Positions 9,940 to 19,586 of a DNA stretch of 64,000 nt are shown piece after piece. The translations under genes were made by a program, and so were the position numbers. The first letter of the stretch is position 1, and every line of letters starts with the position of its first letter. Below the pieces are notes generated by a model. That model did not search any database and was not told the DNA's origin. It worked only from the letters and a program-made list of their open reading frames with translations. The DNA is from an uncultured Bacteroidales bacterium (GTDB lineage Bacteria > Bacteroidota > Bacteroidia > Bacteroidales > UBA10428), in the NCBI GenBank assembly GCA_963717995.1, contig CAVQXX010000001.1, positions 14,187 to 78,186 of the forward strand, in the 5' to 3' direction.

Positions 9940-12352
9940 TCTGCACTCCGGTCTTCCAGGCCGCATCACGGAAAGAATCGTCCGGCTCAGGGAAAAGGTA
10001 CTCAGCACGAAGCCTACAGTATGTGCTGAAAGAGCAAGGTTTTATACGATCGCTTACCAGGAACACGAAGATCAGCCTGTGATCATCAAACGGGCACTGG
10101 CCCTTCAAAAAACCCTTGAAGAAATGACCATTTTCATGGATGAGGGAGACCTGATCGTTGGAAACCAGTCCTCAAGGCTCAGGGCCGCCCCTATATTTCC
10201 TGAATATGCCATTGACTGGCTGCCCAAAGAAATGGATGAACTGGATAAAAGGCCCGGGGATGCCTTTTTTATTGCCGAGGCAGACAAGCAGGAACTGCTT
10301 GCCCTGTCGGGATGGTGGAAAGGCAGGGTATTGTATGATAAGGGCAGGGCACTCATGTCGCAGGAACTACGTGACCTCCAGGATGCATCCATCATCAAGG
10401 CAACCGGGAATCTAACCTCCGGAGATGCACACATTGCCGTGGATATGCCCAGGATCCTTGCTATCGGTTTGGGCGGATATATTAAAGAAATTCATGGTTT
10501 TCACCTCCTGGTTGACAGAAGCGATCAAAAAGGCGTCCGCAAGGATCATTTTTATACTGCACTTACCATCAGCATCCGGTCATTTCAGCATTTTATCAGG
10601 CGATATAAGCATTTGGCCTGGTCTTTGGCTGAGAAAGAAACGAATAAACTACGGAAAAAGGAATTGGAGCTGATCAGCCATAATTGCGACCATATTTCCG
10701 AATATCCGCCCGATAGTTTTTACCAGGCCCTGCAGCTTGTTTATTTTGTACAACTTGTGCTTCAAATAGAAAGCAATGGTCATTCTGTATCCCTGGGCCG
10801 TCTTGACCAGTATCTTCTTCCGTTCTACAGGAATGATAAACTGAAAGGCTTGGTTACGGAAGAATCCGCTACAGAATTGCTTGAAAATACATGGATCAGG
10901 CTACTTTCAATAAATAAGATCCGCCCCTGGTCACATACCCGTTTTTCAGCCGGGGGTCCTTTGTATCAGAATGTAACAATCGGTGGAACAAAAGAAGACG
11001 GATCCGATGCGGTAAATGAATTAAGTTACCTTATCCTGCGTTCTGTTGGTAATATGAAGCTAACCCAGCCCAATCTTTCCGTACGTTTTCATAAGAATAT
11101 AAGCAAGCCCTTTATGATGGAATGCATGAAGGTAATTGAAAAAGGATTTGGCATGCCGGCCTTCAACAATGACGAGATTGTGATCCCGGAGCTGATCAAA
11201 CTAGGGGTAGAGCCATCCGATGCATGGCAATATTCAGCCATCGGATGTATTGAAATTGCGGTTCCCGGTAAATGGGGATACCGCTGCACCGGCATGAGTT
11301 TTCTGAATATGATGCGCGTTTTCCTTGCCAGTTTGTATGATGGCCTGGATAAGACGTCGGGCAAAACATTTTATGAGGGTCTGGGACATTTTCTTGATTT
11401 CGGTTCTTTTGAGGATCTTTTCAAAGCATGGAGTCATCAGATCAAATATTATGCCCGCAAAACCATTGAAATTGATACGGCTGTTGACACGGCCATTGAA
11501 GAATATGTACCGGATATTCTTTGTTCTGCTTTTGTGGACAGTTGCATCAGCCGTGGAAAAACCATCAAGGAAGGCGGTTCTAAATACGATTTTATTTCAG
11601 GATTGCAGGTAGGGATTGCCAATCTTGGTAATTCTATGGCAGCCATCAAAAAACTGGTTTTTGAGGAACAAAGGATCTCAAAAAAGCAGCTCCTTGATGC
11701 CATTGAAAGCGATTTTGAAGGAAAGGAAGCGGAAAAGATCCGTTACCTGCTGCTCAATTTCGCACCTAAATATGGTAATGATGATGATTATGTAGACCTC
11801 CTGCTGAAAGATGCGTACCTGCAATTTATAAACGAACTCGATCAGTACCATACAACCCGGCATAACAGGGGACCAATAGGATGCCGCTATTATGCAGGTA
11901 CTTCAAGCATTTCGGCCAACGTACCGAATGGTTCAGTGGTACCAGCCACTCCCGATGGCAGAAAGGCCTTTACGCCTGTCGCCGAGGGAAGCTCTCCCAC
12001 ATCGGGAACCGATGTCAATGGCCCCACAGCGGTATTTAAATCCGTGGCAAAATTGCCCACATCAAAAATCATGGGCGGGGTGCTTCTTAACCAGAAACTT
12101 TCCCCCGCATCCTTGAAGACCGATCCCGATAAAATGAAGCTTATCTCCATACTCCATACTTTTTTTACTGATCTGAAGGGATGGCATGTGCAATACAATA
12201 TTGTATCGAGGGAAACCTTGCTGGCCGCCAAACGCGATCCGGAAAACCACCGCGATCTCATTGTTCGGGTGGCCGGATATTCGGCCTTTTTCACTACCTT
12301 GTCACCTGACACGCAAGATGACATTATTGCACGTACCGAACATTCACTATAA
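9890..12352 (+). CDS. glycyl radical enzyme, PFL2/dehydratase-like, substrate unknown
   Basis: 820 aa with Cys-loop SAIGCIEIAVPG and C-terminal glycyl-radical motif RVAGYSAFF. The start overlaps the activase by about 41-50 nt. Confidence 0.9.
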   Translation: MSIMPEIKDLQSKPEADLHSGLPGRITERIVRLREKVLSTKPTVCAERARFYTIAYQEHEDQPVIIKRALALQKTLEEMTIFMDEGDLIVGNQSSRLRAAPIFPEYAIDWLPKEMDELDKRPGDAFFIAEADKQELLALSGWWKGRVLYDKGRALMSQELRDLQDASIIKATGNLTSGDAHIAVDMPRILAIGLGGYIKEIHGFHLLVDRSDQKGVRKDHFYTALTISIRSFQHFIRRYKHLAWSLAEKETNKLRKKELELISHNCDHISEYPPDSFYQALQLVYFVQLVLQIESNGHSVSLGRLDQYLLPFYRNDKLKGLVTEESATELLENTWIRLLSINKIRPWSHTRFSAGGPLYQNVTIGGTKEDGSDAVNELSYLILRSVGNMKLTQPNLSVRFHKNISKPFMMECMKVIEKGFGMPAFNNDEIVIPELIKLGVEPSDAWQYSAIGCIEIAVPGKWGYRCTGMSFLNMMRVFLASLYDGLDKTSGKTFYEGLGHFLDFGSFEDLFKAWSHQIKYYARKTIEIDTAVDTAIEEYVPDILCSAFVDSCISRGKTIKEGGSKYDFISGLQVGIANLGNSMAAIKKLVFEEQRISKKQLLDAIESDFEGKEAEKIRYLLLNFAPKYGNDDDYVDLLLKDAYLQFINELDQYHTTRHNRGPIGCRYYAGTSSISANVPNGSVVPATPDGRKAFTPVAEGSSPTSGTDVNGPTAVFKSVAKLPTSKIMGGVLLNQKLSPASLKTDPDKMKLISILHTFFTDLKGWHVQYNIVSRETLLAAKRDPENHRDLIVRVAGYSAFFTTLSPDTQDDIIARTEHSL

Positions 12353-12361
12353 TATCAAAAC

Positions 12362-13324
12362 ATGGGTAAACTACTTTGCGGTGTTGACATCGGTGGTACC
12401 AAGTTGTCTACAGCCCTCATAACGGAAACCGGCGAGATCATTGATAAATGTATCGAATGTGACCATGTGGATAAGCCGGAATGCCTCATGGTTGATCAGG
12501 TCACCTATACCATTAAACGGCTCATCAGGCATAACGGACTGCAGGAATCTGACCTGCTCGGCATTGGAATTGGCTGTGCCGGACATATCCGTTTCAGGGA
12601 TGGCGTTATAATTACCACATCCAACCTGAAAGGGTACAAAAATTACGCCCTCAGGAATGCAGTACAAGCCAATTTCCAAATTCCTGTGATCCTGGATAAC
12701 GATGCCAATGCCCAGGCATTCGGAGAATTTAAGTTCGGTGCCGGCAAAGGATTTGACAGCATGGTATTCCTTACCATCAGCACAGGGATCGGGGCAGGTA
12801 TTATCCTTAACAATAAACTTTACAGGGGAATGACGGGTACGGCCGGAGAATTTGGCCACACGATCGTTGAGCCCGAAAGCAGCCTCATTTGTACCTGTGG
12901 AAACCGGGGTTGCTTAATGGCCTGCGCCTGCGGTATGGCACTTCCCCATTTGTTCAGGCAAAAACTAGAAGCAGGCATGACCTCCACACTTGATCTTCCT
13001 CCTTCTTTTGATTTTGCCAGTGTGGATGGCAAATTACTCAAACAGGGACTGGACCAGGAAGATCCGTTGTCAATGGAAATCATCCTGGATAGCGCCCGGT
13101 ATGTAGGGATTGGCATTTACAACATCTTCCAGGCCTTAAATCCACCTTTGATCGTGCTGGGCGGAGGATTAATGAGTTGGGGCGATTTCTATCTTAACCA
13201 GATTAAAAGAACCTTTTATAAATATGCCGGTAATATGATTTTCGATCCTTTTAAGATCGTTGTCTCGAAGATCGGCCCCGATGTGGGGGTTATCGGTGCT
13301 GCTTCCCTGGCCCTGGAATCATGA
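12362..13324 (+). CDS. ROK-family sugar kinase
   Basis: N-terminal ATP motif GVDIGGTK, DNDANA, GEFGH, and Cys cluster CTCGNRGCLMAC. Confidence 0.85.
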   Translation: MGKLLCGVDIGGTKLSTALITETGEIIDKCIECDHVDKPECLMVDQVTYTIKRLIRHNGLQESDLLGIGIGCAGHIRFRDGVIITTSNLKGYKNYALRNAVQANFQIPVILDNDANAQAFGEFKFGAGKGFDSMVFLTISTGIGAGIILNNKLYRGMTGTAGEFGHTIVEPESSLICTCGNRGCLMACACGMALPHLFRQKLEAGMTSTLDLPPSFDFASVDGKLLKQGLDQEDPLSMEIILDSARYVGIGIYNIFQALNPPLIVLGGGLMSWGDFYLNQIKRTFYKYAGNMIFDPFKIVVSKIGPDVGVIGAASLALES

Positions 13325-14067
13325 TCAACGAAAGACAGAATACAATACTGGAGTTGCTGGGACACAACGACCAGACAACCGTTAAGGAACTGGCACTCCG
13401 TCTAAATGTGTCAGCTGTTACAATCCGACAGGACCTGAACTTCCTGGAATTGGAAGGACTGCTAAAACGGGTTCACGGAGGTGCGGTCTTAAAGGATGCC
13501 GATGACCTGTCCAACAGGCTTGGCGTAAATTATGAGAAGAAACTGAACATCGCCCGCAAACTGGCAGGCTATGTCAAAGACGGGGAGACCATCCTCATCG
13601 AATCGGGTTCTGTGAATGCACTCCTGGCAAGGGAACTGGTGAAAAGGAAAAGAGTCACCATTATTACGACTAACGTATATATTGCCAGGCAATTCCGGCG
13701 GGATGAGCAGGCTAATATAATCATCCTTGGCGGCATATACCAGCATGAAAGCGAGAGCCTTGTTGGAAAGATCACAAAAATCTGCCTTGACCAGGTGAAC
13801 TACGACAAGGCATTTATAGGAATTGACGGCTATACCAGGGAAACAGGATTTACCCTCCGTGATCTTTTCAGGGCGGAAATTTCAAGCCACATTATCCACA
13901 AATCCAGGGAAGTGTTTATTGTTTCCGATTCAAGCAAATTTGGAAGGACTGAACTCACGAACATTTGTTTTCTCAGTGACATTCACCATATTGCAACCGA
14001 CAATGACCTCCACAGCCACTATCGAACTGAATTTAATCACTCAGGTATCGATCTGATACTGGCCTAA
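13321..14067 (+). CDS. DeoR/GlpR-family transcriptional regulator
   Basis: N-terminal HTH (TVKELALRLNVSAVTIRQDLNFLE) and a DeoR C-terminal sensor domain. ATGA overlap with the ROK gene. Confidence 0.85.
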   Translation: MINERQNTILELLGHNDQTTVKELALRLNVSAVTIRQDLNFLELEGLLKRVHGGAVLKDADDLSNRLGVNYEKKLNIARKLAGYVKDGETILIESGSVNALLARELVKRKRVTIITTNVYIARQFRRDEQANIIILGGIYQHESESLVGKITKICLDQVNYDKAFIGIDGYTRETGFTLRDLFRAEISSHIIHKSREVFIVSDSSKFGRTELTNICFLSDIHHIATDNDLHSHYRTEFNHSGIDLILA

Positions 14068-14248
14068 GTAGCTCATTGGCTGTTAACAAATAATAATAAA
14101 GCATCTTTTCCCACCATAAAATGACTGCCGGAGGTTGTCAAATAAAAAAAGTTTCTATTTTTGTTTCGCAAACCAAGAAAATCTTCAAATGGACGACGGC
14201 CCTGCGAGTATACTTATTTATTAATCATGATATAGTAAGGTAGCGTGT

Positions 14249-14292
14249 CTGTTGATATGCCATCCTTCCTGTATCAGCAACAGTAAGGAGGT
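14249..14292 (+). promoter_or_regulatory. leader hairpin abutting a strong Shine-Dalgarno (AAGGAGGT)
   Basis: CTGTTGATA (14249-57) pairs imperfectly with TATCAGCAACAG (14272-83). The loop holds the anti-SD-like CCTTCCT. The SD at 14285-92 lies 4-5 nt before the ATG at 14297. Confidence 0.3.
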
Positions 14293-14296
14293 GCAT

Positions 14297-15566
14297 ATGA
14301 CATCTTTTACAACTTTTTATTTAAGCCGCATAATCGGGAGAAAGGTATACAATGCTGAAGGAAAGGTCATTGGCGTTGTAAAAGACCTGCTAATACTTTT
14401 TCACCAGGCAAGCCAGACTTTTGAAAGGCCGGTTGTTACAGGTATCAAAATCAGGATAGGAAAACACTCCCGAGTATATTCCTTTCAATATTTCGACATT
14501 GATAAGATCCATGGCAAGCTCAGGGTGAATTGCAGCCATTTGGTTGAATTGACCGCTGATACCCTGAATGATGGTCTGTTTCTGGCAGAAAGCATCCTCG
14601 ATAAGCAGATTGTGGATTTAAACGGGAGAAAACTGGTGCGGGTAAACGATGTCAGGCTTGTGTCGGTTTCCCGGAGCACACATGCTATTGCGGTTGATAT
14701 TGGCATTGAAGGATTACTGCGCAGGATCGGCATTTCCAAACAGCTTAAATGGATGTTGTCACTTTTCAGGATTACAATGCCTTCCAAGTTCATCTTATGG
14801 GAAGATGTGGAAGCCGTTGATTTTTCTAACCTGAATATTAAGCTGTCGAAAAGTTATTCCAAGCTGCAGACCTTGCATCCCTCCGACCTGGCAGATATCA
14901 TCGAAGAGTTAGGAAAAAAGTCCAGTGCAGATGTGTTCTCGGCACTCGATGAAGAACAGGCTGCCGATGTAATGGAGGAACTTGAAACGGATGCACAGGT
15001 GCATCTTATTGAGTCACTTCCTGTTGAAAAGGTCGCTGATGTACTTGAAAAAATGCCTGCCGATGAGGTGGCAGATATTCTCGATGAGCTGGAGGATGAA
15101 AAAGCAGAACTCCTGTTGAATGAAATGGAATCCGATTCATCCGAAGAGGTAAGGGAATTGCTTGAATATCCGCAAAATACTGTGGGCAGTATTATGTTTA
15201 CCGATGTGTTATCCTTCAAACAGAAATAATACTGTGGAAGAAGTGATCCGTGAACTGAGAAACAGAAAACCGGAAGCATCGGAATTGTACAATCTGTTTG
15301 TTACGGATGAGCATGAGGAACTGATTGCCGCATTCTCCCTTCGCGACCTGGTGGTTGCTGAACCCGGAAGCAGGATTGAACAGATCATGAGTCCCTCGCC
15401 CGTATGTCTGTTTGACGATCAGAAAATAGATGAGGTGGCGGAGGTTATATCAAAATACAGTATGCTGGCTATTCCGGTTGTTGATTTCAACAGTGTGTTG
15501 CAAGGCATGGTGCTGATCGATGATGTGGTGGAAGATTTGATTAATAAACGCAGAACAAACAAATAA
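14297..15566 (+). pseudogene. PRC-barrel / MgtE N-terminal / CBS-pair regulatory protein, one frameshift at an A run
   Basis: ORFs 14252..15229 and 15162..15566. The acidic MgtE_N-like repeats (ADIIEELG, AADVMEELE, VADVLEKMP, VADILDELE) continue into a CBS pair after a frame change at about 15221-15229. Confidence 0.75.
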
Positions 15567-15578
15567 CCCCTGATTATC

Positions 15579-16821
15579 ATGCTCAGGCACAAACATTTCT
15601 TTCGCCGTTTGGGATTGTTTCTGGTCATTCTGGGCCCTGGCATTATCACCGGCAGCGTGGATAACGATGCCGGCGGAATTACCACCTATTCGGTGGCGGG
15701 AGCTATTTATGGGTATAACATGTTATGGACCCTGTTCCCTTCATTTATAGTGCTGATCGTCATTCAGGAAATGAATGCGAGGATGGGAATAGTCACAGGG
15801 AAAGGGTTGGCCGACCTCATCCGAGAGAATGCCGGTGTGAAAATTACTTTCTTTCATTTTCGGCGCACTGTACCTGGCGGATATCGGAAATACTACCACG
15901 GAGTTTGCCGGGATAGCCGGGAGTATGGAAATATTTGGCATATCCAAGTATATTTCAGTTCCCATCATGGGATTCCTGGTGTGGATACTTGTCGTAAAAG
16001 GTACCTATAAATTTGCAGAACGACTGTTTTTGATATTCAGCGTTTCCCTTCTAACGTATGTGGTATCGGCCATTATGGGTCATCCTCATTGGACAGAGAT
16101 CGGACATGCGATCATTCGGCCGGAGTTCCCGCTGAATACGCAAAGCCTGGCCATGATCATCGGAATTGTCGGTACAACCATTGCGCCGTGGATGCTTTTC
16201 TATATGCAATCTTCCGTTATAGAAAAGGGACTAAAGATGAAAAATTACAGGTACACGATCATTGATATTCTGGTAGGTTGCATAGCTACCGTGGTAGTCG
16301 CGTTTTTCATCATTGTGGCCTGTGCTTCCACCTTACACGTGAACGGAATCCATATCAATGAGGCCAAGGATGCGGCGCTGGCGCTGAAACCCATGGCAGG
16401 GGTACTGGCTTCGGAAGTATTTGCTTTCGGACTTTTTGTTGCATCCGTTTTTTCAGCTACAATCCTTCCGCTGGCAACTGCTTTTTATGTATGTGAGGCT
16501 TTTGGATTTGAGGCCGGTATAGATAAGAAATGGGATGAGGCACGCGAATTTTATGTGCTGTATACCTTCATCCTTGCGCTGGCAATGGTCATCATCCTGA
16601 TTCCTAATGCACCTCTGATCTTCATATCCCTGTGGTCACAGGTGATCAATGGATTGATGCTGCCGGTTGTGCTTGTTTGTATGATCCTACTTGTGAACAA
16701 TAAAAAGATCATGGGCAAATATGTGAACAAGCCGGTAAATAATGTGATCGGATGGAGCACGATAATTATTCTCATTGGTCTCTCGTTTACATTGCTGATC
16801 CTTCCCCTTTTCAAAAGATAA
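15579..16821 (+). pseudogene. NRAMP-family divalent metal cation transporter, one frameshift
   Basis: LGPGIITGSVDNDAGGI motif. The frame of ORF 15925..16821 is open back to about 15850 (IIFGALYLADIGNTTTEFAGIAGSMEIFG). The shift lies at about 15838-15850. Confidence 0.85.
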
Positions 16822-16833
16822 CGGCAAGTTTTA

Positions 16834-17001
16834 CCACAAAGGACCCGAAGGATTATCACGAAGGGGCTCAAAGTATTTTTTGCCACAAAGACTCTAAGGT
16901 ACTAAGGATATCAATAATTATCACTTTGTGGCTTAGTGACTTTGTGGCTTTTAAAAATTGATTCTTAGAGTCCTTTGTGAAAGCCTTTGCGACCTTTGTG
17001 G
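16834..17001. repeat. about 170-bp imperfect palindrome built from CACAAAG/CTAAG words
   Basis: Left side: CCACAAAG, CCCGAAG, CACGAAG, CTCAAAG, CCACAAAG, CTCTAAG, TACTAAG. Right side holds the complements CTTTGTGG, CTTAGTGA, CTTTGTGG, CTTAGAGT, CTTTGTGA, CTTTGCGA, CTTTGTGG. It lies between convergent genes. Confidence 0.5.
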
Positions 17002-17015
17002 TTATATTTTTTACC

Positions 17016-17741
17016 TTACAATCCCAGGAACACAATCGCCAGGCCGCTCAGGCAAATGGCCGCGCCTGCTATGGCATGCATGTATTTTTCAAACATCTTC
17101 ATGGGAAGAAAATTGATTCCCTTTAGTGTTAGCTGAACCACCACCAGCATAGTACCAATTGTGCTTATTGCAAAAACCAGGGTGACAAGCGCTACAGCCA
17201 TCAGATGAGTCTTTGCGGCCGGATACATCAGCAATGGTATCAGCGGCTCACAGGGTCCCAGAACAAAAACGGTAAATAATATCCAGGGTGTAAGATTTAC
17301 CGGCTTTACAGCAGCATGGCTGTGAGTATGATTTTCTATCATTGAATGATGGTGTTCATGCATATGTACATGCTGGGGAGCATCTACATGCAGATGAAAA
17401 TGCTTATGTGGTTTCTTCCGGTATACTTTCCAAAGGCCCCAAAGAAAATACCCGAACCCAAAGATGATGAATGCCCAGGCAGCCAGGTCGCCCCTGAAAC
17501 TTTCAATTTTATTCAGCCTGTTAACGCCTAATCCTAATGCAATCCCAATTATACCGATGACAACCGAACTACCTACATGCCCTATTCCACACAGAAAAGT
17601 GATCCAAAGTGTCTTTATTTTCGTCCATTGCCGTGCCTTGCTCATTACGATGAACGGTAGATAATGATCTGGTCCGGTCAGGGTATGGATAAATCCGATG
17701 GAGGCAGCAGTAACAAGCAAAATATTTATATCAGCGGCCAT
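17016..17741 (-). CDS. membrane protein with a His-rich loop, putative Ni/Co-type metal transporter (NicO/UreH-like)
   Basis: 241 aa with about 6 TM segments. GFIHTLTGPDH motif and the loop HKHFHLHVDAPQHVHMHEHHHSMIENHTHSH. Confidence 0.45.
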   Translation of the reverse strand: MAADINILLVTAASIGFIHTLTGPDHYLPFIVMSKARQWTKIKTLWITFLCGIGHVGSSVVIGIIGIALGLGVNRLNKIESFRGDLAAWAFIIFGFGYFLWGLWKVYRKKPHKHFHLHVDAPQHVHMHEHHHSMIENHTHSHAAVKPVNLTPWILFTVFVLGPCEPLIPLLMYPAAKTHLMAVALVTLVFAISTIGTMLVVVQLTLKGINFLPMKMFEKYMHAIAGAAICLSGLAIVFLGL

Positions 17742-17746
17742 ATAGT

Positions 17747-19090
17747 TTATATTTCTTCAAGGGTGAATATTATGTTTCTATCCCAATCAAGCCAATATTT
17801 CAAGGCATTCCGGCGGACAAGTTTCCAGTATCCATCGTCCATCATACCAAATTTGACGATCCCTTCATTAATGTCCTCATTAACCTGTTTGAGATACTGT
17901 GGCCTAAGCGTTATCCGGATGGATTGGTTTTTATAGGTAAAAACAGCAGATGGCACAGTGAGGCTATCCTTTGCCACCTGTATAGTTCCCATGCCAAGAG
18001 TAGCCCCTGTACTTACCTGTATACCATCGTTTAAACAACTATAGGGCGGTTTAAGTCCGGCATAGGATTTTACCCTCATAACATCGGGACCCACACCAAA
18101 GTATTCCCTGGCTCTAATGCCCATTTTTGCACCCACTATAGAAAATACACCCAGGTGGCCGTGAAACTCATCGGTCATTATATTCGCTTTCCATTCATCA
18201 TGTCCATATCGGGATATTGCCGAATCCATAATCTGCCTGACATCATATTGAAAAGATCTGCGGTCATCCGGAAATTTCACAAATACCACATTCTGACTTC
18301 TTGAATAGTTACCGCTGATCATATCTCCCAGTGCTTCCCGCACTGCATCCGCATCGTAATCCTTATTATACCGCAGATGAACATTTTCGGAATTTATATT
18401 GATATCAAACAACTCAGGATTAAGGAGGTAAACAGATACCAACTCATCGGCCAGCCAGAAGTGGCCCTGTTTTAACTTTGTCATTACTTCGGGCTGAGTA
18501 TGAACTGCAACAAAACATTTGGCAAGTGCGGTAAGGGAATCACAGCTCATATTGTACAGGACCGTATCAAACATCATTCCGGGTTTATTCAAATTGGAGA
18601 TCATGATAATCTTCAGTCTTGCGTTCATCACTTCATCGGCTGCCTTTTTATCACATTCAAAATTAAAACCTCTCATTGGTTTCGTAGCCTCATTATACCA
18701 GATTACCCTATCGATTTTCCTCACAATGCCCGAATCTGATCTGATTGCCTCTGCCAGATTAGTCAACGGTCCCAAACACAATAAGGTGAAAGGAGGGTTA
18801 ATCGCCGGATTGGCCATTCCTTTTCCTACCGGGATTGAGTCTTTTCCAAATGTATGCAGCAGTTGTTTTATTTTTAAATATCCTTCTCCGGGAGGCAATG
18901 ATCCGTCAGACAAAAGGATAGCGCTGATTTTAATGTCCTTTGCGGCAAGTAATATGCTAATCGCCCGCATATCATCAATTCCGCAATCAGTATCAATAAC
19001 GATACTGTATTTCAATCTTCCTGGCAAGGGTTGGGACCAGCAAGGCAACAAAAGCAATGGTAAAACAAGCAGGAATAATACTCTTCGCAT
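17747..19090 (-). CDS. secreted fusion protein: nucleoside-hydrolase-like N-domain plus FmdE-like C-domain
   Basis: Signal peptide; IVIDTDCGIDDMRAI (IU-nucleoside hydrolase Asp cluster). The C-terminal half has FHGHLGVFSIVGAKMGIRA and SCLNDGIQVSTGATLGMG, resembling the FmdE domain. Confidence 0.55.
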   Translation of the reverse strand: MRRVLFLLVLPLLLLPCWSQPLPGRLKYSIVIDTDCGIDDMRAISILLAAKDIKISAILLSDGSLPPGEGYLKIKQLLHTFGKDSIPVGKGMANPAINPPFTLLCLGPLTNLAEAIRSDSGIVRKIDRVIWYNEATKPMRGFNFECDKKAADEVMNARLKIIMISNLNKPGMMFDTVLYNMSCDSLTALAKCFVAVHTQPEVMTKLKQGHFWLADELVSVYLLNPELFDININSENVHLRYNKDYDADAVREALGDMISGNYSRSQNVVFVKFPDDRRSFQYDVRQIMDSAISRYGHDEWKANIMTDEFHGHLGVFSIVGAKMGIRAREYFGVGPDVMRVKSYAGLKPPYSCLNDGIQVSTGATLGMGTIQVAKDSLTVPSAVFTYKNQSIRITLRPQYLKQVNEDINEGIVKFGMMDDGYWKLVRRNALKYWLDWDRNIIFTLEEI

Positions 19091-19094
19091 TTTG

Positions 19095-19481
19095 CTATAA
19101 TGCTTTGATCACTTTCTCAAGCTTGTCTGTCACCTCTTTGGCAATAGACTGCAGGCTGGCATTCTGAATGGCCATCATGGATGCAATCGGATGCACGGCG
19201 GCTACTTCAGTGGTTCCGTCGCCACGGTCAATGACCACCACGTTGCAGGGAAGCATTGTACCTATTCTTTCCTCAATCTGCAGTGCTTTATATGCATAGG
19301 AGGGATTGCAGGCCCCGAGGATTGTATATTTTTTATAATCCACCCCCAGTTTTTCCTTCAACTTCCCTTGCATATCAATTTCTGAGATCACTCCAAATCC
19401 TTCTGTAGCCAGGGCTTTCTTGGTAAGTTCAATGGCTTCGGCAAATTCTGCCGTAACAATCTTACTGAAATAATATTCCAT
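19095..19481 (-). CDS. DUF302 domain protein
   Basis: The start at MEYYFSKIV is preferred; the longer ORF runs into a repeat array. DUF302-like GFGVISEIDMQ...ILGACNP. Confidence 0.7.
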   Translation of the reverse strand: MEYYFSKIVTAEFAEAIELTKKALATEGFGVISEIDMQGKLKEKLGVDYKKYTILGACNPSYAYKALQIEERIGTMLPCNVVVIDRGDGTTEVAAVHPIASMMAIQNASLQSIAKEVTDKLEKVIKAL

Positions 19482-19515
19482 GGTATTCCTTTTTGAGAAC
19501 AATATTAAGATAATT

Positions 19516-19586
19516 AGTTGAAAGTTGGTAGTTGATGGTTGATAGTATTCGGTATCCTTCTCTTTACAACCTGTCAACAATCAACT
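19516..19586. repeat. inverted arrays of 7-mers (AGTTGNT versus ATCAACT type)
   Basis: AGTTGAA AGTTGGT AGTTGAT GGTTGAT on the left. ACAACCT GTCAACA ATCAACT on the right, overlapping the stop codon of the upstream gene. Confidence 0.45.
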
